Notes under the pieces: generated by a model
What the model saw: only the letters and a program-made list of their open reading frames with translations
Databases searched by the model: none
What the model was told of the DNA's origin: nothing
Made by a program: the position numbers and the translations under genes
Assembly (NCBI GenBank): GCA_041917855.1
Contig: JAYRWT010000044.1
Coordinates: 21,563 to 85,562, forward strand
Origin: Patescibacteria group bacterium
GTDB lineage: Bacteria > Patescibacteriota > UBA1384 > CAILIB01
DNA: 64,000 nucleotides
Direction of reading: 5' to 3'
Shown: in pieces, positions 27,841 through 37,554 of the stretch
Layout: every line of letters begins with the position of its first letter
How positions within the stretch are numbered: the stretch's first letter is position 1

Positions 27841-30240
27841 ATGTCAGAGGTAGGGTCAAAACAGACGCTGCCGGTCGTTGCTTTGCAGCAACGTACTATT
27901 GATGATGATGTCTTACGCGTCATTCCTCTTAAAGTCGCAGAGCAATTTAGTATTATTCCTTTTGAGGAAACTGCTACCGAACTCAAGCTAGCCATTGTTT
28001 ACCCAGAACAGCTCAAGCAAGGTTTTTACGTAGCTCTGGAACAAATAGGTACGCGTATAGGTAAAAAAGTTGTACTTTACCGTACTGACCAAGGTGGGTT
28101 TAAAAAGGCGATCGACGGTTACAGGCGTTTAGAGAAAGAGCCAAAAAAGGTGCAGGTGGCGGCTTCTTCCGCTGCTGCGCCTATGCAGGCAGTAGGTTGG
28201 CCACCAGCTCCCGCCCCACCACTCTTTCAGTTGGGTTCACTAGTAGCCTACAACTACTTACGCCGTATTCCGCTCGATGTCTCTCGCGACAAGCGAGTGC
28301 TCTGCGTTGACTACCTCAAGCCAAATACATACTGGTTTGTGACAGATGGCACAAAGGATAAAGAGGCCCACGAACTAGTGAGCTTTATTCGTGATGACGG
28401 CCAAATTACGGCACACGTCATGCAGGTTACTCCTGCGCAGTTTGACGATCTGGTTACCTACTATCAAACGCTTGTTCGCCACGAAGAGCAGGACAATGCC
28501 ATTGTGGTTGCTAATCCTACCGACGTACAGCAGCAGGAGGTGAGTAACGCCAATGTGGTGATTCCAGATATTCAGGCAGAAATTGTCAGCAACGAAGAAG
28601 AAAAAACCGGTCTTGCGGGGCTGTTCCAGCGGGTTGCTCAAAATCTTACTGCCAACAAGAGTGAAAAAGGTAAAAATGAACGGGCAGAAATTGCCGCTGA
28701 ACTTTCTAAGACGCTTCCACAAGCTGAGGCGCCTAGCCGAGCCGGTCAGCCATCTGAGGCCGAAAAGCTCAACCAAGCACCACAGTCTGCGGCAACTCCA
28801 AAGCTGCCTGAGGCACCAAAGAGTTTGCTATCCAATGCCCCTACACCGCCCGGGCTACCCCAAGCGCCACAACCCGCTGCCCCTAAGGCACCAACGCCAA
28901 GTAGCGCTCAGATTGTTGCTGTGCCTACTGAAGAGTCAGATGCGGCAACACGCTCCGCTGCTCTAGAAGAAGACGATCTCGGCACCCAGGTTGATAGCCA
29001 AATTAGCACCCTAGACGAGCTCAAGACCAACCTAAAAACCGGTGTAATTCCTAAGATTGTAGCGGCTGTACTTTCCTTTGCGATTCACGAAAAAGCCTCC
29101 GACGTGCACATTGAATCTTTTGAGGACGAAGTACGTATCCGCTACCGTATTGATGGTCAGCTCGTAGACGTGGTTAAACTACCCGCAGATGTAGCCAGCC
29201 CACTGGTTTCGCGCATTAAGATTTTGGCTCGTCTGCGCCTTGATGAAAACCGAGTGCCACAGGATGGGCGCTTTGACGTAAAGTTCAGCGATGAAACGCA
29301 GGTAGATGTGCGTGTCTCGGTAATGCCAACGGTGTACGGTGAGAAAGTGGTAATGCGTATCCTAGATAAATCGAGGGGAATTGCCTCACTGGAAAAGCTT
29401 GGCATAGAGGGAGGTGCCTACCAAAATCTTACGCGAGCAATTCAAAAACCGTACGGCATCTGTCTGGCTACCGGCCCAACTGGTTCGGGTAAGTCTACTA
29501 GTCTGTACGCCATTTTGCAGCGTATCGCTACTCCAAATGTAAATGTGGTTACCCTAGAAGATCCGATCGAGTACGAAATGAAGGGGATTAACCAGTCGCA
29601 GGTACGACCAAAAATCGGCTTTACTTTTGCCGATGGCCTACGTTCAGTACTGCGTCAGGATCCAAATATCATTATGGTAGGTGAGATTCGTGATGGTGAA
29701 ACAGCCAACATGGCTACCCAGGCTGCGCTAACTGGTCACCTTGTGCTCTCTACGCTCCACACTAACGATGCCGCTGGTGCTATCCCACGCTTAACCAACA
29801 TGGGAATTGAGCCATTCTTAATTACCAGCTCAGTGAATGTAATCATGGGTCAGCGTTTGGTGCGTAAAATTTGTTCCAACTGTCGCCAAGAAGTAGCTCT
29901 GCCCGATGGAGTACGGCATCAGTTAGAAGAAGATATTGAGCAAATTGCAGCACTCTATCCCGCCGAACAATCACGCGTAAAGCGACCAATCAAGTTTTTC
30001 CACGGCATGGGTTGTGGCGAGTGTGGCGGCAAGGGCTACCAAGGTCGTGTAGGTATTTACGAAGTGCTAACCATGGAAGAAAACATGGAGGAACTGGTAA
30101 TTAAGCGATCTTCGGCAACCGATATTGACGCCCAGGCACGTAAAAACGGCATGATCTCCATGTACCAAGATGGGTTGCTTAAAGCCATTAATGGAGTAAC
30201 CACAATTGACGAAGTCTTACGCGAGACAACCAACAAGTGA
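27841..30240 (+). CDS. pilB: Type IV pilus assembly ATPase
   Basis: ASDVHIE, PQDGRF, GPTGSGKST, LEDPIE, LRQDPNIIMVGEIRD, TLHTN and a tetra-cysteine motif. Confidence 0.92.
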   Translation: MSEVGSKQTLPVVALQQRTIDDDVLRVIPLKVAEQFSIIPFEETATELKLAIVYPEQLKQGFYVALEQIGTRIGKKVVLYRTDQGGFKKAIDGYRRLEKEPKKVQVAASSAAAPMQAVGWPPAPAPPLFQLGSLVAYNYLRRIPLDVSRDKRVLCVDYLKPNTYWFVTDGTKDKEAHELVSFIRDDGQITAHVMQVTPAQFDDLVTYYQTLVRHEEQDNAIVVANPTDVQQQEVSNANVVIPDIQAEIVSNEEEKTGLAGLFQRVAQNLTANKSEKGKNERAEIAAELSKTLPQAEAPSRAGQPSEAEKLNQAPQSAATPKLPEAPKSLLSNAPTPPGLPQAPQPAAPKAPTPSSAQIVAVPTEESDAATRSAALEEDDLGTQVDSQISTLDELKTNLKTGVIPKIVAAVLSFAIHEKASDVHIESFEDEVRIRYRIDGQLVDVVKLPADVASPLVSRIKILARLRLDENRVPQDGRFDVKFSDETQVDVRVSVMPTVYGEKVVMRILDKSRGIASLEKLGIEGGAYQNLTRAIQKPYGICLATGPTGSGKSTSLYAILQRIATPNVNVVTLEDPIEYEMKGINQSQVRPKIGFTFADGLRSVLRQDPNIIMVGEIRDGETANMATQAALTGHLVLSTLHTNDAAGAIPRLTNMGIEPFLITSSVNVIMGQRLVRKICSNCRQEVALPDGVRHQLEEDIEQIAALYPAEQSRVKRPIKFFHGMGCGECGGKGYQGRVGIYEVLTMEENMEELVIKRSSATDIDAQARKNGMISMYQDGLLKAINGVTTIDEVLRETTNK

Positions 30241-30252
30241 TAAAATAACCAT

Positions 30253-31323
30253 ATGGCTCAGAAAACTCTTGGGGCGGAGCTGACCTTCCTCCTCGACTAC
30301 GCAATCGAAAAAGGTGCATCCGATCTGCATATTTTGGCAGACAGCTCGCCTATGATCCGTGTGGATACGGTACTGTTACCGGTGGACAAGCCTGTATACG
30401 ACGCAGACAAAGCTAATGAAGTTATTACAAGCTTAATTGGCGCGCAGCTACTCGAGCGTGTCACCCAAACACGCAAAGAGCTAGACTTTTCCTTCTCATA
30501 TAAGGGTCTGCGCTTCCGCTGTAACGTTTTCTTTAATAAAGGTGTACTCTCAGCCAGCTTGCGCTTGCTTCAGAACGAGGTGCCAGATTTTGACGCGCTC
30601 GGCGTGCCTCAAATTGCCGATAAACTCATTCAGCACAACCAAGGTCTGCTGATTGTGTCTGGCCCCACTGGTCACGGTAAGTCCACCACGCTAGCTTCAA
30701 TGGTTAACCGGATTGCCGCTGCTCGCCGCGCCCACATTATTACGATTGAAGATCCAATTGAGTACGTGTTCCAGCACAAAAAGAGCATTATCTCGCAGCG
30801 CGAGCTTGGCTCAGATACACCATCGTTTGGCTCTGCACTTAGGGCAGCTCTACGCGAAGATCCAGATGTAGTTCTGGTTGGCGAAATGCGTGACCTAGAA
30901 ACTATGGAGGCCGCCCTACAGATTGCAGAGACTGGCCACCTTGTACTAAGTACGCTGCACACTAACTCTGCCGCACAAACGGCTGATCGTATTATTGATG
31001 TTTTTCCGCCGCACCAGCAGCCACAGGTACGTGCACAGCTCTCCTCCGTGCTACTTGGTGTAATATCACAGCGCTTGCTACCTAGAACCAAGGGTGGGCG
31101 CGTGCTCGCTACCGAAGTTATGGTTGCTAACGCAGCCGTTAGGGCAATAGTGCGTGAAGGTAAAACACACCAACTACCTAACCTGATTCAGACCTCGGCA
31201 TCTGAGGGAATGATTTCGCTCGATAAATCCCTGGCAGAGCTAGTAAGTAAGGGGGAAATTTCGATTGATGATGCGATGGCGTGGTCACTCGACCCTAAGG
31301 CTCTCAAAATGCTGGTCTACTAA
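30253..31323 (+). CDS. pilT: Type IV pilus retraction ATPase
   Basis: ASDLHI, GPTGHGKSTT, ALREDPDVVLVGEMRD and AVRAIVREGK (AIRNLIRE-like). Confidence 0.93.
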   Translation: MAQKTLGAELTFLLDYAIEKGASDLHILADSSPMIRVDTVLLPVDKPVYDADKANEVITSLIGAQLLERVTQTRKELDFSFSYKGLRFRCNVFFNKGVLSASLRLLQNEVPDFDALGVPQIADKLIQHNQGLLIVSGPTGHGKSTTLASMVNRIAAARRAHIITIEDPIEYVFQHKKSIISQRELGSDTPSFGSALRAALREDPDVVLVGEMRDLETMEAALQIAETGHLVLSTLHTNSAAQTADRIIDVFPPHQQPQVRAQLSSVLLGVISQRLLPRTKGGRVLATEVMVANAAVRAIVREGKTHQLPNLIQTSASEGMISLDKSLAELVSKGEISIDDAMAWSLDPKALKMLVY

Positions 31324-31442
31324 CGAATTACCAATGCAGCGGATTTCATTGTCACTTACTCCGTTCCTCGTTCACTGCACTGCTAGTGCGCTTCACTACG
31401 GTACTCGACGTTTCTTGAAATCCATCTGTCTGGGTAATTCGT
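31323..31442. repeat. 120-bp nested inverted-repeat element
   Basis: ACGAATTACC/GGTAATTCGT, GGATTTCA/TGAAATCC and central GCACT-GCT-AGTGC. Confidence 0.55.
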
Positions 31443-31457
31443 ACAACTTCTAACTAG

Positions 31458-32663
31458 ATGTCTCAAAGCTACAGCTACCGCGCGCGGAACAAGGACAACA
31501 AGATAGTCACTGGTGTAGTCCAGGCGAGTGGTCTTGATGCTGCAAAAAAGATTTTGCTCCAGAACGATCTCACGCCACTCTCAATTAGTACGCCAAAGAC
31601 CATTGCTGATTACCTGCCGTTTGTGAGCAAGGTTAAGCTGAAAGACCGTACCATGTTTGCGCGCCAGATCAGCACCATGATCGAGGCTGGTCTCACCCTT
31701 TCACAATCACTGCGTCTGCTCATTCAGCAGATGAAGAAGGGGAAGTTCCGCTTGGTAATTGAGAGTATCTTGAACGACATTCAAGATGGTTTTAGCTTCT
31801 CAACCGCACTTTCCAAGTACCCTGATGTCTTTGATTCGATCTTTGTAAACGTGGTACGCTCCGGTGAAACTACCGGTAAGCTTGAGATTGTCTTGGCACA
31901 GCTAGCTACCAATATGGAAAAAGAGGTGAAGGTGCGTAGCAAAATTAAGAGCGCGCTTATGTACCCGGCTTTTGTAGTGACTGCTATGGCGGCTATGGCG
32001 GCTGTAATGATGGTTAAGGTTATTCCGCAGATTACCAGTGTATTCGCGGATAGCAAAATGGAGCTGCCCTTCTCTACTAAACTGCTCATTGGCATTTCTA
32101 CCTTCATGGCCCACTACTGGGGTTGGTTGATTGTAGGCATAATTGCCTTTGTAGTGTTCATGCGTTGGTTTGCGCGTACCGAGGCCGGCATACAACTGAT
32201 TAGTAAGTACTCACTACGCATTCCTATTGCTGGCAAGATTATCGAGGAAAGTAACATGGCGCGCTTGGGTCGCTTGCTGTCTATGCTACTCGCCTCTGGC
32301 GTACCGCTCTTAGAGGGGTTACGACTCATCACCGAGTCTTTCCCTAACGACCTCTATAAAAAAGGCCTAATGAGTATTGCCGCCCAGGTTGAGCGGGGTG
32401 TGCCAATGAGCGTACCGATTACCGAAAACCCCGTGTTCCCGCTTATGGTTGGCCAAATGGTAGCAGTGGGTGAGCAGACAGGTAAGATGGATGAAATTAT
32501 GGGCAGGCTCGCAGAGTACTACGATGATGAAGTAGATGCCAAAGTAGGAGGCCTATCTACCCTGATTGAACCAATCATCATTGTTATTTTGGGTATTGGT
32601 GTTGCTTGGTTAGTTATTTCCGTTCTACTACCTATTTACCAGATTAGCACCAGCGCCTCCTAG
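31458..32663 (+). CDS. pilC: Type IV pilus platform protein
   Basis: FARQISTMIEAG, SGETTG, ALMYP, VGEQTG and LIEP motifs (T2SS F family). Confidence 0.93.
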   Translation: MSQSYSYRARNKDNKIVTGVVQASGLDAAKKILLQNDLTPLSISTPKTIADYLPFVSKVKLKDRTMFARQISTMIEAGLTLSQSLRLLIQQMKKGKFRLVIESILNDIQDGFSFSTALSKYPDVFDSIFVNVVRSGETTGKLEIVLAQLATNMEKEVKVRSKIKSALMYPAFVVTAMAAMAAVMMVKVIPQITSVFADSKMELPFSTKLLIGISTFMAHYWGWLIVGIIAFVVFMRWFARTEAGIQLISKYSLRIPIAGKIIEESNMARLGRLLSMLLASGVPLLEGLRLITESFPNDLYKKGLMSIAAQVERGVPMSVPITENPVFPLMVGQMVAVGEQTGKMDEIMGRLAEYYDDEVDAKVGGLSTLIEPIIIVILGIGVAWLVISVLLPIYQISTSAS

Positions 32664-32685
32664 GTTTACCTAGATGGGCAAAGTG

Positions 32686-32757
32686 TTGACAGGGGTTTTA
32701 GGCAGTACCCATAATAGTAATATCAACTTAGTAATCAAACATAAGTAGGAGGGATCA
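32686..32757 (+). promoter_or_regulatory. Promoter and strong ribosome binding site of the putative major pilin
   Basis: TTGACA-N18-CATAAT; AGGAGG before the ATG. Confidence 0.6.
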
Positions 32758-33381
32758 ATGCATACTCGCAAGGGTTTTACGCTCATTGAGCTCCTGGTTG
32801 TTATCACGATCATCGCAATCCTTGCGGTAATCGTATTCACCCAGGTACAAGGTTTAACAGCACGTGCTCGTAACACGACCACACAAACCACGGTTCGTGA
32901 GGCAGGTAACGCAATTAACGTGTTCCGTAACACTGACGGAACAAATGACAGTGTTATTCTTCCTACTCAAGCAGAAGCAGATGGTGGTAATAACTTTTCT
33001 GATGTACGTCTATCTTCAGTAAGTGGTACAGCAGCCTGGGGTCCGTTCACTGGCACACTGAGCGCATCTGGTCAGACAAGTGGTACTTACAGCGCTGCCG
33101 CACAGTTCCAGTACCCAGTCCGTATCACGCGTACTGCGAGCACCAACCACGCTCTTCGTTACGCTGTGTTCAGTACAGGTTCTACACTCTATGCATCAGG
33201 TGGTACGTTCCGTACTCTTCAGACTATCGGTACAAATGCTTGTGTAGTAATTGAGGGTATTTTGGTCAATGATGCTGCTTACCTGTACAGTTTCTACCGC
33301 AATGGAACAGTAGGAACAGGTGGTACGGGTACCGGTTCTGCAACAGGTACTGTTGCTACTGTAAATTGTACAACACCTTAG
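32758..33381 (+). CDS. Type IV pilin, probable major pilin
   Basis: G|FTLIELLVV; has its own promoter, ribosome binding site and terminator. Confidence 0.85.
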   Translation: MHTRKGFTLIELLVVITIIAILAVIVFTQVQGLTARARNTTTQTTVREAGNAINVFRNTDGTNDSVILPTQAEADGGNNFSDVRLSSVSGTAAWGPFTGTLSASGQTSGTYSAAAQFQYPVRITRTASTNHALRYAVFSTGSTLYASGGTFRTLQTIGTNACVVIEGILVNDAAYLYSFYRNGTVGTGGTGTGSATGTVATVNCTTP

Positions 33382-33397
33382 CTCTTCCTAAAGCTGC

Positions 33398-33429
33398 AAA
33401 AGACCCGGATCATGGATCTGGGTCTTTTT
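33398..33429 (+). terminator. Intrinsic terminator after the major pilin
   Basis: AAAAGACCCGGATC-ATG-GATCTGGGTCTTTT. Confidence 0.8.
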
Positions 33430-33459
33430 GTGTCTGAGTGTAGGATATATAATTAAGAC

Positions 33460-34053
33460 ATGCAAAAGAAACAGGGCTTTACACTTATTGAGTTGCTGGT
33501 TGTTATCACGATTATTGCTATTCTGTCTGTAATAGTTTTCCTAACAGTCACAGGTCTTACAAGGCGAGCAAGGAATTCATCTCTTTCGGCAACCGTGCGT
33601 GAGGCTGGAAACGGTATAAGTGTTTTTAGAAATGCAGAGGGGAACGCTAATAATGTGATTACGTTTGGTATTTCAGAGAATCCAAACTTTTCTACTATTA
33701 ATGGGGTAGCTTCCTGGGGCCCATTTACTGGGACTACGCTTGCTACCGCTAACACCTCTGGTACTTTTGATCCTCCAACAGAGCTCCAGTATCCAACCGC
33801 AATAAATAGAGTGCCTACTAGCCAGCATGCTCTGCACTATCGCATACTAGCGCCAGATGATACTGACTATACACTTTCTGCAACCCAAAATCGTCAGATG
33901 TTCTCATTAGGAGAGAGTAATATATCTGCTTGTGTGATGGTTCTCGGTGAACTTGTGGATGATACTGGTGGTGACATTACTATGTTTTACCGTAACGGCA
34001 CGGTTTCAGGTACGGCCACTGTATATAGCGCAATTACTTGTTCCAACCCATAA
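33460..34053 (+). CDS. Type IV pilin, paralogue of 32758
   Basis: G|FTLIE; shares WGPFTG, QYP, FYRNG and a C-terminal Cys. Confidence 0.85.
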   Translation: MQKKQGFTLIELLVVITIIAILSVIVFLTVTGLTRRARNSSLSATVREAGNGISVFRNAEGNANNVITFGISENPNFSTINGVASWGPFTGTTLATANTSGTFDPPTELQYPTAINRVPTSQHALHYRILAPDDTDYTLSATQNRQMFSLGESNISACVMVLGELVDDTGGDITMFYRNGTVSGTATVYSAITCSNP

Positions 34054-34514
34054 TGAGCCGCCGCACCGCTTTCACTCTGGTTGAGCTTCTAATAACAGTA
34101 ACAATCATCGCAATCCTTACAGGCATTGCTGCTGTTTCTTATTCCAGTATTCAGCTGCGCGCTCGCGATGCTCAGCGCAAAAATGATTTAGCACAGATAA
34201 AACTCGCGCTATCAAACTACTTTACGGGGCAAACTCCTACCGTTTACCCAGCCGCAGCCACGGCCATAACGCTTAATAATAGCAACGACGCACTCACTTC
34301 TGCTCTAAAGCCAAACTTTATTAAAGATGTGCCACTTGATCCGGTTAATTCTGGTAGTAATGTGTACAAGTATATTTCGCAGAATGGCCCTACCGGCTTA
34401 GCAAACCGCTCGTTTACCCTTTACGCAACCTTGGAAAATAAAGAAGACAAAAAGGGCTGGGCAGGTGGCAGTGCTTGGGCTGCTGATGGCTATAGGGTTA
34501 CCCCAGACTTTTAA
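34053..34514 (+). CDS. Pilin / GspG-like pseudopilin
   Basis: A|FTLVE, ARDAQRKNDL, VPLDP and LYATLEN; TAATG overlap with the upstream gene. Confidence 0.85.
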   Translation: MSRRTAFTLVELLITVTIIAILTGIAAVSYSSIQLRARDAQRKNDLAQIKLALSNYFTGQTPTVYPAAATAITLNNSNDALTSALKPNFIKDVPLDPVNSGSNVYKYISQNGPTGLANRSFTLYATLENKEDKKGWAGGSAWAADGYRVTPDF

Positions 34515-34516
34515 CC

Positions 34517-35152
34517 ATGCGCGGCGTAAAGGCATTCACTCTGATTGAGCTTTTGACGGTGGTCACAATTATTAGCATTCTTGCAACAGTGGTATACGGA
34601 GTGGCGCAGGGCGCTCGTAGCAGGGCGTTGAATACTGCCCAAAAAAAGCTGGTGCAAGAAATGGGCAAAGCAGTGTCGGTTTTTCAGGTCTCAGACGAAC
34701 TTGAGCGGGTAATAGTTATTAGTGATACAGACTATACCTGTCCGTATACGATTGCCATACTCCGTCTACCATACTTTCGTGCTAACCAGTGTCAGAGCGC
34801 ACCACTTCCAACTACTTTCGGGCCGTTTACCGGAGAATTACAAACTGCTCCGATCAGTTTGGCATATCCCGATGTTGGAGAATTTACTTACCCCGTTCGT
34901 GTTACAGCCCCTGTATCACCTACTCACAGGTTGACCTATCTTGTGTTTGAAGATACTACACTGGTAAGTAAATCACCAGATGCGTATAGACGTCTGTACA
35001 ACCTAGGTAATGATCCCGCAAGGCGTTGCGTGACAATTTCCGGAGCGCTTAGGGGTGAAACTGATGGGTCTCGTGCGTTTTTTTGGAGAAATGGACAAGT
35101 TGCAAGTACAACAGAGAGTGACATAAATATTACTTGCACCAACCCTCTCTAG
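34517..35152 (+). CDS. Type IV pilin, paralogue of 32758
   Basis: A|FTLIE, FGPFTG, TYP, FWRNG and ITCTNP. Confidence 0.8.
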   Translation: MRGVKAFTLIELLTVVTIISILATVVYGVAQGARSRALNTAQKKLVQEMGKAVSVFQVSDELERVIVISDTDYTCPYTIAILRLPYFRANQCQSAPLPTTFGPFTGELQTAPISLAYPDVGEFTYPVRVTAPVSPTHRLTYLVFEDTTLVSKSPDAYRRLYNLGNDPARRCVTISGALRGETDGSRAFFWRNGQVASTTESDINITCTNPL

Positions 35153-35157
35153 CTAGT

Positions 35158-36039
35158 TTACTGGGCGTCTAGTGACTTTCTGTAGGCCTCTTGATCGAGG
35201 GTAGTAAAGCTTATCCTGCCGGTATCGCTATCCAAAATAAGCTTGCGGTAAATAGGCGACGGTGGCACCGCTTTAATATACTTTGCCGTTACAAGTTCTT
35301 GTAAATCTGTTGGGTAGCGCCCAACTTTTTGTTTAAATGCCGCAGCCTGAATCTCCAGAGCATAGACAATCTGCATGTGCTCAAGCCACGCCTCTGAGCG
35401 AGCTTTCTCAGCCTCGTTCTTTGCATTAGCAATCACGGTCTCCCAAAAATTGATGGCAATTAAGCGGTCGTTAATGTCTTCTCTGGTTTGTGAGTAGGCA
35501 ATAGCCGCCAGTTGCTTGGACGCCTCTGGTGCACCTTCTTGTTTGCTGGCGCGGTCGTAGTACTCCGCGGCTTTTTTATAATTCTTAAGGTTAATATGGT
35601 AGTTACTAGCCATGTAAAAGCTGATCATGCCATCATTGTTGATGTACTTTTCGCTCTTTAGGCCAAGCTGTTCTGCTTCTTCAGCCTTATTCATAAACGG
35701 CAGTACGAGCAAGCCAAACTCATAGGCATAGGCAAACTTTGGGTCAAGATCGGTAACTCGCTGTACGTAGCCAGGAATAGCCTGGTAGGTAGCAAAAGCA
35801 CTAGCTGTACCAAAGTACTGAATTAGGCGCACCCACAGTAAATCTGCAGCCAAAGCATTGTTGCCAAGGCTAAGGGCGCGTAGGGCATCTGCCTCTGGGA
35901 TTAGCACCTTTTCGTTATCTAGGGCAGCGTTACGGATGTTCTTGCGGTACTGCTTACTGGCGCTGTCCCAGAGTGCTTGGCTGCTAACGCTGCCTACAAT
36001 AAAAACTAGCGTAATAAGCCAGGCAACTGATCGCTTCAT
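35158..36039 (-). CDS. PilG/XapA-like TPR protein
   Basis: AADLLWVRLIQYFG, TDLDPKF, TPR helices and GRYPTDLQELV. Confidence 0.6.
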   Translation of the reverse strand: MKRSVAWLITLVFIVGSVSSQALWDSASKQYRKNIRNAALDNEKVLIPEADALRALSLGNNALAADLLWVRLIQYFGTASAFATYQAIPGYVQRVTDLDPKFAYAYEFGLLVLPFMNKAEEAEQLGLKSEKYINNDGMISFYMASNYHINLKNYKKAAEYYDRASKQEGAPEASKQLAAIAYSQTREDINDRLIAINFWETVIANAKNEAEKARSEAWLEHMQIVYALEIQAAAFKQKVGRYPTDLQELVTAKYIKAVPPSPIYRKLILDSDTGRISFTTLDQEAYRKSLDAQ

Positions 36040-36800
36040 AGCTCCTGCTTATGCATTACGCGGCTAGCTAAAAACAGAGAAAGAGAGGTAAAGACTATCC
36101 AGTAAAAAATGGCCCACGCGTAGGCGTTAAAGGGTACGCTTATGCTGTAGAGGGTGGCATCGCGGAGATTAAACTTTTCTAGGTTGGGCAGCAGGTAGTA
36201 CACACCATTGGTAAGATAGGTAAGTGCATTGCTGTCCAGTTTATCTACAAAATTCTTAATACTCGTTTGTCCATTGCCAATCACAAACAGCGCCAGGGTG
36301 TAGAGGGCTGCATTAAGTGGGGCAGTAAATGAAGCAAAGAGCAGCGCAACGGCCAACAGCAGCGAAATCTCTAAAAAGCTAAAGAGTACATTAATGCCCA
36401 CTGCCGGTAGAATACTTGGGCTGAGTAAGCCTGCGCCAATTGCAAATAAGCCACCCAAAATGCCCAGTGTGGTTAGGGTAAGCAGCACAAAGCCAAGGTA
36501 CTTACCCAGAATGTACTGGGTACGGCTGATTGGCTTAGGGAACAAAAAGTAGAGGGCTCGGCGCTCAAAGTCACGGTGCACGCTGTTAGTGGCTACAAAT
36601 ACGCATATAAACAGCGTCATAAAGTGAATGGCGGCTACGCCAGAGTTCTGCATAATTCTCGCGTTCTGATCTAGCGAGATGGTAGCTAAAAAGAAGCTTA
36701 CCGCGGTAAATAGGGCGGCAATAACCAAGATGCCGTAGAGCAGGCGCTCACGGATAATCTCTTTGTAGTTGGTAATGGCGATAATCCAGATAGTTTTCAT
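36036..36800 (-). CDS. ABC-2-type permease (PilI-like)
   Basis: DFERRALY..KPISRTQYILGKYLG and YYLLPNLE. Confidence 0.8.
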   Translation of the reverse strand: MKTIWIIAITNYKEIIRERLLYGILVIAALFTAVSFFLATISLDQNARIMQNSGVAAIHFMTLFICVFVATNSVHRDFERRALYFLFPKPISRTQYILGKYLGFVLLTLTTLGILGGLFAIGAGLLSPSILPAVGINVLFSFLEISLLLAVALLFASFTAPLNAALYTLALFVIGNGQTSIKNFVDKLDSNALTYLTNGVYYLLPNLEKFNLRDATLYSISVPFNAYAWAIFYWIVFTSLSLFLASRVMHKQEL

Positions 36801-37525
36801 GCTGCCTCAACTGTTTTTATGAATACATCCTCGAGTGTCTTATCCTTTGGTATGAGCTTGCTCACGCTATCGAGTTTCAGAATCATGCCGTGATCCATAA
36901 TTGCTATCCTATCGCTGATCGCGGCTACATCACTCAAAATGTGTGAGTTAAACACCACGGCCGTGCCTTTGCTGCGAATTTCTAGCAGGGTTTCCTTCAT
37001 GCGAATACGTCCAATCGGGTCTAGGCCGTCCATGGGTTCATCTAGAAAGATAATCTCGGGTTGGTTAATCAGTGCCTGTGCAAGGCAGATACGCTGTAAC
37101 ATGCCCTTGGAGTATTCGCGCAGTGGGCGGTGTGCCGCTTCGCTGAGGCCTACTAGCTCAATTAATTCCTGACTGCGCGTAGCAAGTTCTGCCTTAGGAA
37201 TACTAAACAGCGTGCCAGCTACCCGCAAGAGCTCTGCCCCAGACAGGTGGTTATAGAACGATGGAGTTTCTGGCATGTAGCCAATTCGGGAGCGCACCTT
37301 GGTGTCAGCTATAGTGCTGCCAAATAGGCTAACTGAGCCGCTGGTTGGCTCCAGCAGGCCAAGAATCATTTTAATAGTGGTGCTCTTGCCGGCGCCATTT
37401 GGTCCGACAATACCTAGTACCTCACCGGCCTCTACGCTAAAACTTACATCTCGTACTGCTTGGACCCGACCAAAGCTTTTTTTCAGGTTTGAAACAACCA
37501 ATGGAGTGTCTGTCTTTTTGCTCAT
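36797..37525 (-). CDS. ABC transporter ATP-binding protein (PilH-like)
   Basis: GPNGAGKST, YSKGMLQR and FLDEPMDGLDP. Confidence 0.9.
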   Translation of the reverse strand: MSKKTDTPLVVSNLKKSFGRVQAVRDVSFSVEAGEVLGIVGPNGAGKSTTIKMILGLLEPTSGSVSLFGSTIADTKVRSRIGYMPETPSFYNHLSGAELLRVAGTLFSIPKAELATRSQELIELVGLSEAAHRPLREYSKGMLQRICLAQALINQPEIIFLDEPMDGLDPIGRIRMKETLLEIRSKGTAVVFNSHILSDVAAISDRIAIMDHGMILKLDSVSKLIPKDKTLEDVFIKTVEAA

Positions 37526-37554
37526 ATCCAGATCATACCGTATACTTTTGGCAT

